This document shows, piece by piece, positions 1 through 8,263 of a stretch of 32,000 nucleotides of DNA (position 1 is the stretch's first letter; each line of letters begins with the position of its first letter). Both the position numbers and the translations under genes were made by a program. The notes beneath the pieces were generated by a model. It saw nothing but the letters and a program-made list of their open reading frames with translations, did no database searches and was not told where the DNA came from. The DNA is taken from the NCBI RefSeq assembly GCF_000092465.1, contig NC_014205.1, positions 990,001 to 1,022,000 of the forward strand, in the 5' to 3' direction. The DNA is from Staphylothermus hellenicus DSM 12710 (GTDB lineage Archaea; Thermoproteota; Thermoprotei_A; Sulfolobales; Desulfurococcaceae).

Positions 1-150
1 CCATGGGGCTTGCTGTAGATGGGAGGCCCGTGCCGTTGGCCTCGACAGCCGCCCATGACCCCACAACCCTCTTTTAGGGTTGTGGGAGAGGTGGAAGTCC
101 CTACCGTAGATATAGCCAAATATATAAACACACAGAATGATACGGTAGGG
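1..150. ncRNA. GC-rich structured segment truncated by the window edge (unidentified structured RNA or its end)
   Basis: 41 of nt 1-60 and 30 of nt 61-120 are G/C, versus 24 of 100 for nt 181-280 (counted by hand). There is a perfect 10-bp hairpin CCACAACCCT(61-70)/AGGGTTGTGG(76-85) with loop CTTTT. Further stems are GAGGCC(23-28)/GGCCTC(38-43) and CCCTACCGTA(99-108)/TACGGTAGGG(141-150). No ORF covers the segment. Family and strand cannot be assigned by eye. Confidence 0.3.
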
Positions 151-280
151 GCAAACGGTTAATATATATTTAGGGTAGGAACATATAATGCTATTTTCGA
201 AGCATTTATATGTTTTGTTTCGTAGGAAATGTTTACATATATTGTTTATCTGGTATTGTATTTAATGATGATATATGTGT

Positions 281-440
281 CTGTGCCCAGTATGTAGTGG
301 GAGAATTAGCATCGAAAGGGCACTCAGGCTGGAAGCTTGCTCAGGATGAGGGGTGTATCTGTTCTCCCTGAAATGAGAATAGAGAGGGGAAGGCTGGCCA
401 TAACTTTTGTTGTTTTTGCTACAGCTGGCTAGAACGGTAA
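281..440. ncRNA. GC-enriched island in an AT-rich spacer; candidate small non-coding RNA of unknown family
   Basis: 63 of 120 nt (281-400) are G/C versus 24 of 100 immediately upstream. Local complementarities include GTGCCC(283-288)/GGGCAC(318-323) and GGGAGA(299-304)/TCTCCC(363-368). The only ORF here (262..459, minus) has an implausible His/Ser/Pro-rich composition. Elevated G+C in AT-rich hyperthermophile genomes is an established ncRNA indicator. Confidence 0.25.
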
Positions 441-632
441 TCATTCGATATAGATCCATATGTGTTATTTTTTCTAAAAATCAAGCTCCTAGCTTATCTA
501 GAAAGAGCGGTTTTTAGATAGCATGTTTATCAACGTATTTATCCCTATATACAAATACATTTATATAATGGTATAAGTGAATGGGAGCCAGGATGTTTCC
601 TTATATTCTAGGTTTTCAATATAGAAAGTGAT

Positions 633-1088
633 CTATGTAGGATTGATCTTTGTTATTATTTCTTCTATTATAGACTTACATTTTTGAATGGTTTTTCCAC
701 AGTAGAAGAGGTGGGAAAGGTCTTTGGGCTTGTCGCTGCAGCCAAAACCTTTTATTGGTTCTAATACGTTGGTTAGGGTTCTTGATAGGAATGATTCATA
801 GTCGAAGCATTTATTTCTGGAGCATTCTATTATTAAATAATCTATGATCTCGGCCTGTCTACATGTTAGCAGATAATCTATGTGCCAAAACAGTTTCTTT
901 CTTTTTCCAAGATGCCTCATTATTCTAGAATATAATCCGCCTTTTCCAAGAGCTGAACCTAAATATATGTAGATGCCTGGTTTTATATTGAATATTCTCC
1001 CGCTCCTAGTAGTTATTCTACATGTTTTTCCCACTTTTATGAATAAAACATAGTATCCTTTACTTTTCGGGATATCGTATTTACTCAT
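633..1088 (-). CDS. DUF123 / GIY-YIG (Uri) superfamily endonuclease-like protein
   Basis: The motif string 'GIYIYLGSALGKGGLYSRIMRHLGKRKKLFWHIDYL' matches the remembered DUF123 signature (G.Y.Y.GSA ... R..RH ... K..WHIDYL). Confidence 0.7.
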   Translation of the reverse strand: MSKYDIPKSKGYYVLFIKVGKTCRITTRSGRIFNIKPGIYIYLGSALGKGGLYSRIMRHLGKRKKLFWHIDYLLTCRQAEIIDYLIIECSRNKCFDYESFLSRTLTNVLEPIKGFGCSDKPKDLSHLFYCGKTIQKCKSIIEEIITKINPT

Positions 1089-1170
1089 AAGTATCTTGTC
1101 CCCCCGATTATAAACAAAATTGAGTGTCTACTATATTATTTGGATAATAAATGATTTATAGGTGGTTTAG

Positions 1171-1470
1171 TTGATACGATCAATAAGGAGGAAGGAGAAG
1201 TCAAGTTTAGATTCTATAGTTGAAGATATGAAATATACTGCTAGAATACTTGCTGGGGGACCCGATGAAAGAGGGGAAAAGCTTCTTAAAGCAAGCGGGT
1301 TCTTCCTCGTTGTCCCTGATCCAACAATGATTTCTACAAGCATTGGTCTTTCAATGATAGTTACTGGAAAATTATTAATGAAGAGGAGAAAGAAGGGTAT
1401 AAAGGATTATATTGAAAAATCCATTATTGAAATGAGGCATTTAAAAGAATTAGCCGAAGAACTTATTTAA
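1171..1470 (+). CDS. Small hypothetical protein with one hydrophobic segment
   Basis: 99-codon ORF with a TTG start preceded by GGTGG (1161-1165). It has a central hydrophobic stretch 'FFLVVPDPTMISTSIGLSMIVTG'. No recognisable family. Confidence 0.4.
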   Translation: MIRSIRRKEKSSLDSIVEDMKYTARILAGGPDERGEKLLKASGFFLVVPDPTMISTSIGLSMIVTGKLLMKRRKKGIKDYIEKSIIEMRHLKELAEELI

Positions 1471-1490
1471 ACACATATATATCCTCTATT

Positions 1491-1551
1491 TATGGGATGA
1501 AGAGCCCGGTTTTCAGCTGATATATGCTGAGGAGTTGCTCAGCTGACCATA
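1491..1551 (+). ncRNA. Candidate archaeal C/D-box sRNA
   Basis: The box order fits a C/D sRNA. The C-like box is ATGAAGA (1497-1503), followed by a 13-nt spacer and D' CTGA (1517-1520). The C'-like box is ATGCTGA (1524-1530), followed by a 12-nt spacer and D CTGA (1543-1546). A terminal stem TATGG(1491-1495)/CCATA(1547-1551) closes it. It lies intergenic in a locally GC-richer patch. Both C boxes carry one mismatch to RUGAUGA. Confidence 0.45.
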
Positions 1552-1572
1552 TTATTTTTGCTTTGCAATTTA

Positions 1573-1610
1573 TTAGGGATTATACTTTATACTATTACGG
1601 GATTCCCTAA
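1573..1610. promoter_or_regulatory. Inverted repeat TTAGGGA-N24-TCCCTAA flanking tandem TATACT(T/A) elements upstream of the AAA+/VWA operon
   Basis: TTAGGGA (1573-1579) and TCCCTAA (1604-1610) are exact reverse complements. They enclose TATACTT/TATACTA (1581-1594), 18 nt upstream of the ATG at 1628. This could be an operator overlapping a TATA-like element. Confidence 0.2.
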
Positions 1611-1627
1611 GCATAGAGGGTTATGTT

Positions 1628-2773
1628 ATGGAACAAGGATTTTCGCAACTGTTGAATAAAGCACATAAGTTCGTCGAGGAATTAGCGAGGCCATTTGTTG
1701 GTAGGGAAGAAGAGGCGAAAGTAATAGCATTAGCTATTATATCAGGTGAACACGTCGTCTTAATAGGTGAGCCCGGCACTGCTAAGTCAGCATTGGCTAG
1801 GAGAGCTGCTGAGCTCATCAATGCCAAGTTCTTCAAATATTTATTAACAAAATTCACCGAGCCAGATGAATTATTTGGCCCCCTCGACATTAATGCGTTA
1901 AAACAGGGCAAATATGTGCGTATAACACATAATAAATTACCAGAGGCAGAAATAGCTTTTATTGATGAAATATTTAATGCTAACTCAGCAATACTAAACA
2001 TGTTCCTTACAATAATGAATGAGAGAATAGTATATGATGGATACAATGAGATAAAGGTTCCCCTATGGAGCATGATAGCTGCGAGTAATAATGTTCCAGA
2101 CGAGCCCGAGCTCCAAGCACTATATGATAGATTCCTGTATAGACACTTCGTTAAGCCTATTAGCGAGGATAAGTGGGCAGAACTATTAGAAGCATCTTGG
2201 AAAATAGAGTCAGGACTATATGAGCATGCAGAACCAATTTTATCAATGAACGATGTTAGAATGCTAAATAAAATAATTTACGAGGTAAATCTTGAACCCA
2301 TCAAGGAAAAACTATTAAAACTATACGCTATCTTCGAGGATCAAGGAATACACATTACTGATAGACGTAAAGGAAAAGCATTAAAAGCTATTGCGGCTTC
2401 AGCTCTCCTAGATCGTAGAATGAGTGCTAGGGAAGAAGACTTATTCGTATTAAAACATATAGCTCCACATGATATGGAGGAAATGGAACAAGCAAATGCT
2501 ATATTATTAGATGAGATCAAAGCTACTGAGAAACACTTAAGAGAACTTGCCGAAATAGAAGCGAATGCTAGAGAAGCTAAAAACTATATTGTCAAAGTAA
2601 CAGATTTTGATCCAAGACTAGTTGATTACTTGAGAAGCTTTGAAGCTGTTCGGGAAAGAGTTAAGAGAATAGCTGAAGAAACAAGTGATGAAGTTGTTAG
2701 GCAAAGAGCACTTGATGTATTATCTGAAGTTAACGAAGTAGTTGATATGGTTAAAAGAAAATTCATGATCTAA
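1628..2773 (+). CDS. MoxR-family AAA+ ATPase, RavA-like
   Basis: Walker A 'GEPGTAKS' and Walker B 'AFIDEIF' are present. 'LLTKFTEPDELFGPLDINALKQGKY' and 'LYDRFLYR' closely parallel the remembered RavA core. It is followed by a VWA partner gene. Confidence 0.88.
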   Translation: MEQGFSQLLNKAHKFVEELARPFVGREEEAKVIALAIISGEHVVLIGEPGTAKSALARRAAELINAKFFKYLLTKFTEPDELFGPLDINALKQGKYVRITHNKLPEAEIAFIDEIFNANSAILNMFLTIMNERIVYDGYNEIKVPLWSMIAASNNVPDEPELQALYDRFLYRHFVKPISEDKWAELLEASWKIESGLYEHAEPILSMNDVRMLNKIIYEVNLEPIKEKLLKLYAIFEDQGIHITDRRKGKALKAIAASALLDRRMSAREEDLFVLKHIAPHDMEEMEQANAILLDEIKATEKHLRELAEIEANAREAKNYIVKVTDFDPRLVDYLRSFEAVRERVKRIAEETSDEVVRQRALDVLSEVNEVVDMVKRKFMI

Positions 2774-2786
2774 TCTGGGATTATTT

Positions 2787-4118
2787 ATGAATAAATCTTT
2801 CAACCCCAAAACAAAGTCTATAGATAAAGATGAATTATTAGGGGTTCTAAGTAGTATAAGCTATGATGATCCCGTTGTGAAATATAGAGGTAGTAAAGTA
2901 ATAAAAATAGCTAAATTAATAGCTGAGAAAGATCTAAAAATACCTCTTTCTTTAGCAATAGACATATTCTATGTATTCTATTTGCCGATGCCAATACTAA
3001 AGCCTAAAGACAATATTTCGAGAAATAAGAGGTATCATTACAAAATAATAGATTCTCTTCTAAAATCTAGTTTTATACATGACATAAGGAGTAAAACTAT
3101 AGTAGACGGCTTAATGAGCAGTATAGCCGCTAGCATATTCATTTCAGAACTCAAACAGCTTGAGAACGAAAGATCATATGGTAATGCAGCAAGTAATAGA
3201 AGAGGAGAAGAGGGAGGTGAAGAGGGCGAAAAAGCTATTAGGAGAAATGTGGAGAAGGCAATTGCTAATACTATGAGAGACGTTGAAAACGCTAAAAAAC
3301 TAAGAATGCTTATAGAGGGAGAAAGGCCTGGAACCGTTAGTATTATGGCGTATGAAGAATATGGTCCAGAACTGATTAGGCTGGCTAGAAATGTTGAGGT
3401 AAGAAAAATACTGGAAATACTAACGGGAATGAAGCCTTGGAATATAAGTATACCTGAAAGAAAACAGAGATTTAAACATGGAGAACTAATGAGTTATGAA
3501 TTAGGCAAAGATATTGAACGAATAGTTCCGTCAACTCTTGCATTACCAGATGAGCTATTCTATCTAAGATTCCTCGAGAATAGACTGCTTCTATACCAGA
3601 AGATGCTTAGCCAAGGTAAGGGACCACTATATGTATTATTGGATAAATCAGGTTCAATGGATGGAACTAAGATGACATGGGCAAAAGCTGTAGCATTAAG
3701 CCTATATATGAGAGCTGTTAGGGAACATAGAGAATTTTATTTCAGATTCTTCGACAGCATACCCTATCCATTAGCGAAGATAAGTAGGAGACCCCGGGCA
3801 AGCAATGTATTAAAACTCATAGATTATATCGCTAGAGTTAGAGGGAGTGGTGGAACAGATATTTCCAAGGCAATTATTACTGCATGCAATGATATTAGAA
3901 CAAGCAGTGTACGGAATACAAGCGATATCATTCTAATAACAGACGGTGTTGATAGGATAGCTGAACAACTAGTAACATATAATCTAAGAAAAGCTAATAC
4001 AAGACTTGTAGCAGTAATGATAATGGGTGATAATAGGAGCTTAAAGAATATATCGACAAAATACTTTACTGTATCAAGATTTAATACAAAGAATATTATT
4101 CAGATTGTTGAAGCATAA
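2787..4118 (+). CDS. von Willebrand factor A (VWA) domain protein, ViaA/CoxE-like partner of the MoxR ATPase
   Basis: The C-terminal VWA domain carries the MIDAS motif 'LLDKSGSM', plus 'GGTDI' and 'ILITDG'. It sits 13 nt downstream of the AAA+ gene, the canonical MoxR-VWA pairing. Confidence 0.85.
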   Translation: MNKSFNPKTKSIDKDELLGVLSSISYDDPVVKYRGSKVIKIAKLIAEKDLKIPLSLAIDIFYVFYLPMPILKPKDNISRNKRYHYKIIDSLLKSSFIHDIRSKTIVDGLMSSIAASIFISELKQLENERSYGNAASNRRGEEGGEEGEKAIRRNVEKAIANTMRDVENAKKLRMLIEGERPGTVSIMAYEEYGPELIRLARNVEVRKILEILTGMKPWNISIPERKQRFKHGELMSYELGKDIERIVPSTLALPDELFYLRFLENRLLLYQKMLSQGKGPLYVLLDKSGSMDGTKMTWAKAVALSLYMRAVREHREFYFRFFDSIPYPLAKISRRPRASNVLKLIDYIARVRGSGGTDISKAIITACNDIRTSSVRNTSDIILITDGVDRIAEQLVTYNLRKANTRLVAVMIMGDNRSLKNISTKYFTVSRFNTKNIIQIVEA

Positions 4119-4444
4119 TTTCTCTAAAAATATCCAATACAAAAAAGTAAGAAAACAATTAAAAATTCCTTGCTTAACTTGCTAGGTCAAAAATAATGAT
4201 ATAACCGTTATAAGGAAAACACAAAGATCTATTACCGTCCTTAACCGTTATCTTAGCGTCATTACTGCCAAGAATATACGTATTAAGCAAGAATAAATCA
4301 CCTACTTCGCCACCGAAATATGGCGATTCTTTAGAGCAATATTAGTGTTTATTCGATTTAATGCATTTATCTATTGAATATAGAAATGATTCAATATATT
4401 AAAACATACAGTTAAATTTTACAATTAACAAAACAAGGCTAGAT

Positions 4445-4990
4445 CTAAATGTTTGTTGATATAACAAGTGTTGTAGCGATTAATGTGGTTATGTCTATTA
4501 TTTTATCTCTTGGATCGGCTGGTTCATATAGTATTTTCCATATTGTAGATCCTCTTGGTATGTATCCTCCAAGGGCTTCAATTAATTCAGCCGCTCTAGT
4601 TGCTAGCACTAGTGATAATGCATTAAGAACCTCAGGTTCTTCTTCAGATAATGCTTTTTCTTTAAATATAATTGTATCAACTAGTATTCTCTCGATGGTC
4701 TCATCGGTTAATGTGCTTTTTTCATCCCATACCTTATATTTGATAATTGATGAAACTTCTTCAACTAAACCGGGTATGTAGTTGAGGGGCGATATCTCTT
4801 CTAACCACATGTTAGTTAGTGCCCATATCTTTTTCTTAACTTGATCTCTGGTCTCCATATTACTATCTATATTGTAGAGTGCTAGCATTATTGTGAATAG
4901 ATCAGAAATTGAATATATTCTTGACAATTTATTTTCAACAAATACATTATTTGATTGAACTTGGAGATCAGTCATACCCATATTATACAC
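4445..4990 (-). CDS. Hypothetical protein (predicted helical, acidic)
   Basis: 181-codon ORF with normal composition. No motif recognised. The antisense ORF 4449..4781 is less protein-like. Confidence 0.45.
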   Translation of the reverse strand: MYNMGMTDLQVQSNNVFVENKLSRIYSISDLFTIMLALYNIDSNMETRDQVKKKIWALTNMWLEEISPLNYIPGLVEEVSSIIKYKVWDEKSTLTDETIERILVDTIIFKEKALSEEEPEVLNALSLVLATRAAELIEALGGYIPRGSTIWKILYEPADPRDKIIDITTLIATTLVISTNI

Positions 4991-5063
4991 CCTAACAAAT
5001 TATTTAGTTAGGATTAGTTTTTAGAGCCTAGGATTCATTATGCAGAAGCATTGCTGTGATCCC

Positions 5064-5540
5064 TTATCGAATAATTTTCTTAAATACTATTATTGATGCA
5101 AAAATGATAGTGCAGGCAATAAGGTTTCCAACTATTATTGATATAGTTGATTTCTTCTTATCAAGACCTAATATATACGCGATTAATGAACCCGTCCATA
5201 CACCTGTTAGCGGAAACGGTATTGCAACATATAAAGCTAATCCTAAATATACTATTCTATACTGAGAAACCTTATGTGCTCTCAAACGTGCCCGCTCAAT
5301 TATCCTATCATAGATCTTCTTGAGAAAAATAATTCTAAAAATTATTGCTTTTTCAAGCCATGATAACCCATAAACTAGCAGAGCAGTAGGTATACTACTA
5401 GCAATGAATGAAAGCATAAATGAAATATATGGATCAATGCCTAGCAGAACAGCTGTGGGCATAGCAACCCTTGCCTCAATACCTGGCGAGATAGCTAGAA
5501 GTATAACAAATAATATATTAACTAAATAATCCATCGCCAT
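5064..5540 (-). CDS. Small integral membrane protein, COG2426 / small multidrug export-like (PF06695-like)
   Basis: Four or five hydrophobic segments. The N-terminal 'ISPGIEARVAMPTAVLLGIDP' resembles the conserved 'P.iElRgaiP' motif of that family. Confidence 0.55.
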   Translation of the reverse strand: MAMDYLVNILFVILLAISPGIEARVAMPTAVLLGIDPYISFMLSFIASSIPTALLVYGLSWLEKAIIFRIIFLKKIYDRIIERARLRAHKVSQYRIVYLGLALYVAIPFPLTGVWTGSLIAYILGLDKKKSTISIIVGNLIACTIIFASIIVFKKIIR

Positions 5541-5815
5541 GCCCTATTCCTTTCTTACTAATACTTGATAATTCTTTAGAAAAAATATCACGGCTTAAAT
5601 ATATTTATTTTTAATATAATAACTATGAATTAATAGTAGGTTTTGGAAAAGATAAAACTTTGTTAAAAGTATACTAGATTAAGGTGTTTGATTTATTTAG
5701 CGATGCTGAAACCTATTTCTGGGTGTTGTTAATAGCATTGGTCCATTATCATAAGCTAATAATAAAAGGGCTCCACTATATAGAGATGGATCAAAACGGT
5801 AGGTTAGTAACTATT

Positions 5816-6778
5816 CTATTGGAGATATGGTGGGATAAAGAATTTTTCTTTCTTAAACTTTTCTTCGTTACTAATAATTTCCAGTATCTTATCGACATCA
5901 ATTAATCCAGGTATTCCAGCAGCGTTCTTGTGTCCACCTCCTCCAAGCTTTTTAGCAATCATAGCTACATCGATATAATCGCTTCTCAAGCTTACACCTC
6001 TTGGATACCTTATAATATATACATCAGCTGTTAACCCGTTTTGCCTAGCAATCAATGCTAATTCTCCAGGATGTACTCGTGGATCAACATCCTGGAATAT
6101 TAAGAGCTTTAATCCATTTTTTGTAGTAATATTATCTACTCGTCCCATAGCTTCTCTAATCAAGTTTTCATACAAATTCTTAACTTCTCTCCTATACATT
6201 TCAAGCATCCAAGCAGGCCTTATTTCTCCTTTAATAAACGATTCTAGGGCCTTATACCTTATAGGCCACCCATACCAGCGTAGAACTCTCCGCCACATTA
6301 TTGTTGTCTCATATCTATTAATGAAGAAATCATCATCGAAAGCTAGATCGACTAGTTTGAAAACATATTCATTATGTAAGGCATCAAAATATCTAGCAAC
6401 AAGATCTGATGCTGTAGTGCGTGGGTCAACCCTATACCATAATATATCATTAAATCCAATTATTGTATCATATATTTTCTTATCCCATTCGTGGTGATCA
6501 AACCAATAAATTTTTATTTTTCTCCTACGCGCTTCAATCAATATATTTCTTAAATCCTTAGCATATTTTTTCTGAGGATTAAGATCTGTAACCCATATCT
6601 CTCCGAACCTACCAACGTAATTAATAGCCGAGGCTAAATACTTCGTCAATGCTGTAATAGATGAAAGAATCGTTTTTGACACCTTCATATATAGATTTAC
6701 TATTGTAGCTCCAGCTATACCGTCTAGATCCCAGTGACTTATCACTACTCTCTTCAACTCCTCCATCACCGATAACAT
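5816..6778 (-). CDS. DHH/DHHA1-family phosphoesterase (NrnA/RecJ-like)
   Basis: Motifs 'HWDLDGIAGA', 'VTDLN', 'FDHHEW' (DHH) and C-terminal 'GGGHKNAAG' (DHHA1) are all present. Confidence 0.85.
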   Translation of the reverse strand: MLSVMEELKRVVISHWDLDGIAGATIVNLYMKVSKTILSSITALTKYLASAINYVGRFGEIWVTDLNPQKKYAKDLRNILIEARRRKIKIYWFDHHEWDKKIYDTIIGFNDILWYRVDPRTTASDLVARYFDALHNEYVFKLVDLAFDDDFFINRYETTIMWRRVLRWYGWPIRYKALESFIKGEIRPAWMLEMYRREVKNLYENLIREAMGRVDNITTKNGLKLLIFQDVDPRVHPGELALIARQNGLTADVYIIRYPRGVSLRSDYIDVAMIAKKLGGGGHKNAAGIPGLIDVDKILEIISNEEKFKKEKFFIPPYLQ

Positions 6779-6788
6779 CGCTGTGAGA

Positions 6789-7286
6789 TTAGTTTCGGAG
6801 ATGCTGTCGAGATCTGTAATGTTTTATTATGTTTTTAAGTCTATTATAGATTTTTAGGGTATCGTTTAATAATAATATATTTATTGCTATAAATGATGAT
6901 AAAACATAAACATTGATCATATTTGAAAACAGTATTACATACCCTATAGTGAGAAAAATTGTTACAAGCAATGTGAAGAACTGTCTTGGAACAACTAAGC
7001 CTTTAAATTCAAAAATTAAATCAAGAATTGATCCTCTAGGCTTAACAGCCACATATCCATATCTAGTCTTCTCCACAAAACCTAGGCTACTCAATCTCTC
7101 TAAGTGATGCCTAACACTGTTAGGGCTCTTAAAACCCATCATTCTCTGGATTTCCCTTATACTTAATGGTTCCTTATGTCTGAGAAGCAACATATACACA
7201 TCTAAGCTACTACCACTAAGCTCTATTAGTGGGTCACGATGCTTCATTGATACTTGTCTAGCCTTTCTAAGCAATCCACATCCCAC
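6789..7286 (-). CDS. Membrane-tethered winged-helix (ArsR/MarR-like) DNA-binding protein
   Basis: 'LSIREIQRMMGFKSPNSVRHHLERLSSLGFVEK' is a typical wHTH. The C-terminal half has two hydrophobic helices. The track start is GTG at 7286, with an alternative ATG at 7247. It lies 10 nt upstream of the DHH gene. Confidence 0.65.
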   Translation of the reverse strand: MGCGLLRKARQVSMKHRDPLIELSGSSLDVYMLLLRHKEPLSIREIQRMMGFKSPNSVRHHLERLSSLGFVEKTRYGYVAVKPRGSILDLIFEFKGLVVPRQFFTLLVTIFLTIGYVILFSNMINVYVLSSFIAINILLLNDTLKIYNRLKNIIKHYRSRQHLRN

Positions 7287-7377
7287 ACTATTATTAATTA
7301 CCGGGGAAAATTAATTATCTTTTGTCTTTTCTCTAAATGGAATAAAAGCGCTAAATAAGCATATGAAGAGCTGTTTA

Positions 7378-8121
7378 TCACTTCCTTAATAGCTCTGCTA
7401 ATAAAATATATATCCTATACGTTATTATTAATGAGATAAATACTACTGAAATACTTATGAATGATGAGAGATACATGGAGTATTGGGCATTATTTGTGTA
7501 ATCTGTACCAAACAAATAGTGAGAACTAGTATTAACCATGGGAACGGCCATGTATGATGTTGTTTCTGGTTTTTGATTATTTCCTGACTGGATTCGTGAA
7601 GTAAATATTGTAGTTCTAATAGTATTTGTTGAGAATGGAGTTTCCGACATGTTAGATCGGTTGTTGCGGCTTACTAAATATATTTTAATTCTCTTTTGTT
7701 CCTCTATGGAAAATAATGCTTTTCCATTAACTACGACTAGATACCTGCCAGAGTATGCTATTATTTCGTCGAATTTATTCTTTGAAGTAATAGTTATATT
7801 AACAATTACGTGCTTACCTGGTTTAACAAATAATTTCCCCTTATACAATACGTATCTATTACTATATACTATGCTATTATTCGATAACATTGATATTTGT
7901 GGATGCTCTAACACGTCGAGCTCAATTGTAGAACTATTGTTATTAGTTATTATTACGGCAAAACTTATTGTTATATTAGTGTCATGAACGTAGTGGTTAA
8001 CGTATACATTGACAGAAACCGATTGATCACTTGAGGATAATTCAGCATTTGCCAAACTACTGATTAGTAGAGAGAACATCAAAACCATAACTAACATTAT
8101 CAAGTAAATAGTGCTTTTCAA
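7378..8121 (-). CDS. Secreted, C-terminally anchored surface protein of unknown function
   Basis: N-terminal signal-like 'LIMLVMVLMFSLLISSLANA', many N-x-S/T sequons, and a C-terminal TM 'FISISVVFISLIITYRIYILL'. Confidence 0.5.
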   Translation of the reverse strand: MKSTIYLIMLVMVLMFSLLISSLANAELSSSDQSVSVNVYVNHYVHDTNITISFAVIITNNNSSTIELDVLEHPQISMLSNNSIVYSNRYVLYKGKLFVKPGKHVIVNITITSKNKFDEIIAYSGRYLVVVNGKALFSIEEQKRIKIYLVSRNNRSNMSETPFSTNTIRTTIFTSRIQSGNNQKPETTSYMAVPMVNTSSHYLFGTDYTNNAQYSMYLSSFISISVVFISLIITYRIYILLAELLRK

Positions 8122-8263
8122 TATTGAAAACCTTGTATTTAATGCTTATCCCTATTTATTTCTCAATAACGATTTTTGTTTATTGTTTTAAATATAGTTA
8201 TCTCGAAAAGTAATTGTACAATAGAATTGTTATTCGAAATTAAAAATATTGAAGTTTAAAAGA

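Noticed and set aside
181-215. Imperfect palindrome ACATATAATGCT ... AGCATTTATATGT centred on TTCGAA in the AT-rich spacer.
   Set aside because: There is a one-nucleotide indel between the arms, and AT-only palindromes are common by chance in 24 percent G+C sequence.
262-459. 65-codon minus-strand ORF in the first intergenic region.
   Set aside because: The composition ('HTGHRHIYHH', Ser/Pro/His-rich) is not protein-like, and no SD-like motif was seen. The GC island is better explained as a possible ncRNA.
1621-2073. 150-codon ORF antisense to the MoxR ATPase gene. Similar long antisense ORFs occur at 4449..4781, 11806..12141, 12375..12710, 7649..7987, 13615..13887 and 28930..29259, with many inside 16003-24680.
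   Set aside because: Each lies fully inside a gene on the opposite strand that has strong family motifs. Their translations are low-complexity (Ser/Ile/Leu-rich) with no motifs. Shadow ORFs are expected opposite long genes.
4119-4444. 326-bp convergent intergenic spacer. It contains the direct repeat TAACCGTTAT (4202-4211 and 4242-4251) and the hairpin TCGCCA(4307-4312)/TGGCGA(4321-4326) followed by TTCTTT.
   Set aside because: The repeats are short enough to arise by chance in this composition. No ORF, box motifs or extended structure were found. The hairpin plus T-tract may be a terminator, but it lies about 200 nt from either stop codon, so the evidence is too thin to call.
5684-5905. 73-codon plus-strand ORF spanning the spacer and the 3' end of the DHH gene.
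   Set aside because: It overlaps the well-supported DHH coding region, has no motif and has an odd composition. It is probably spurious.
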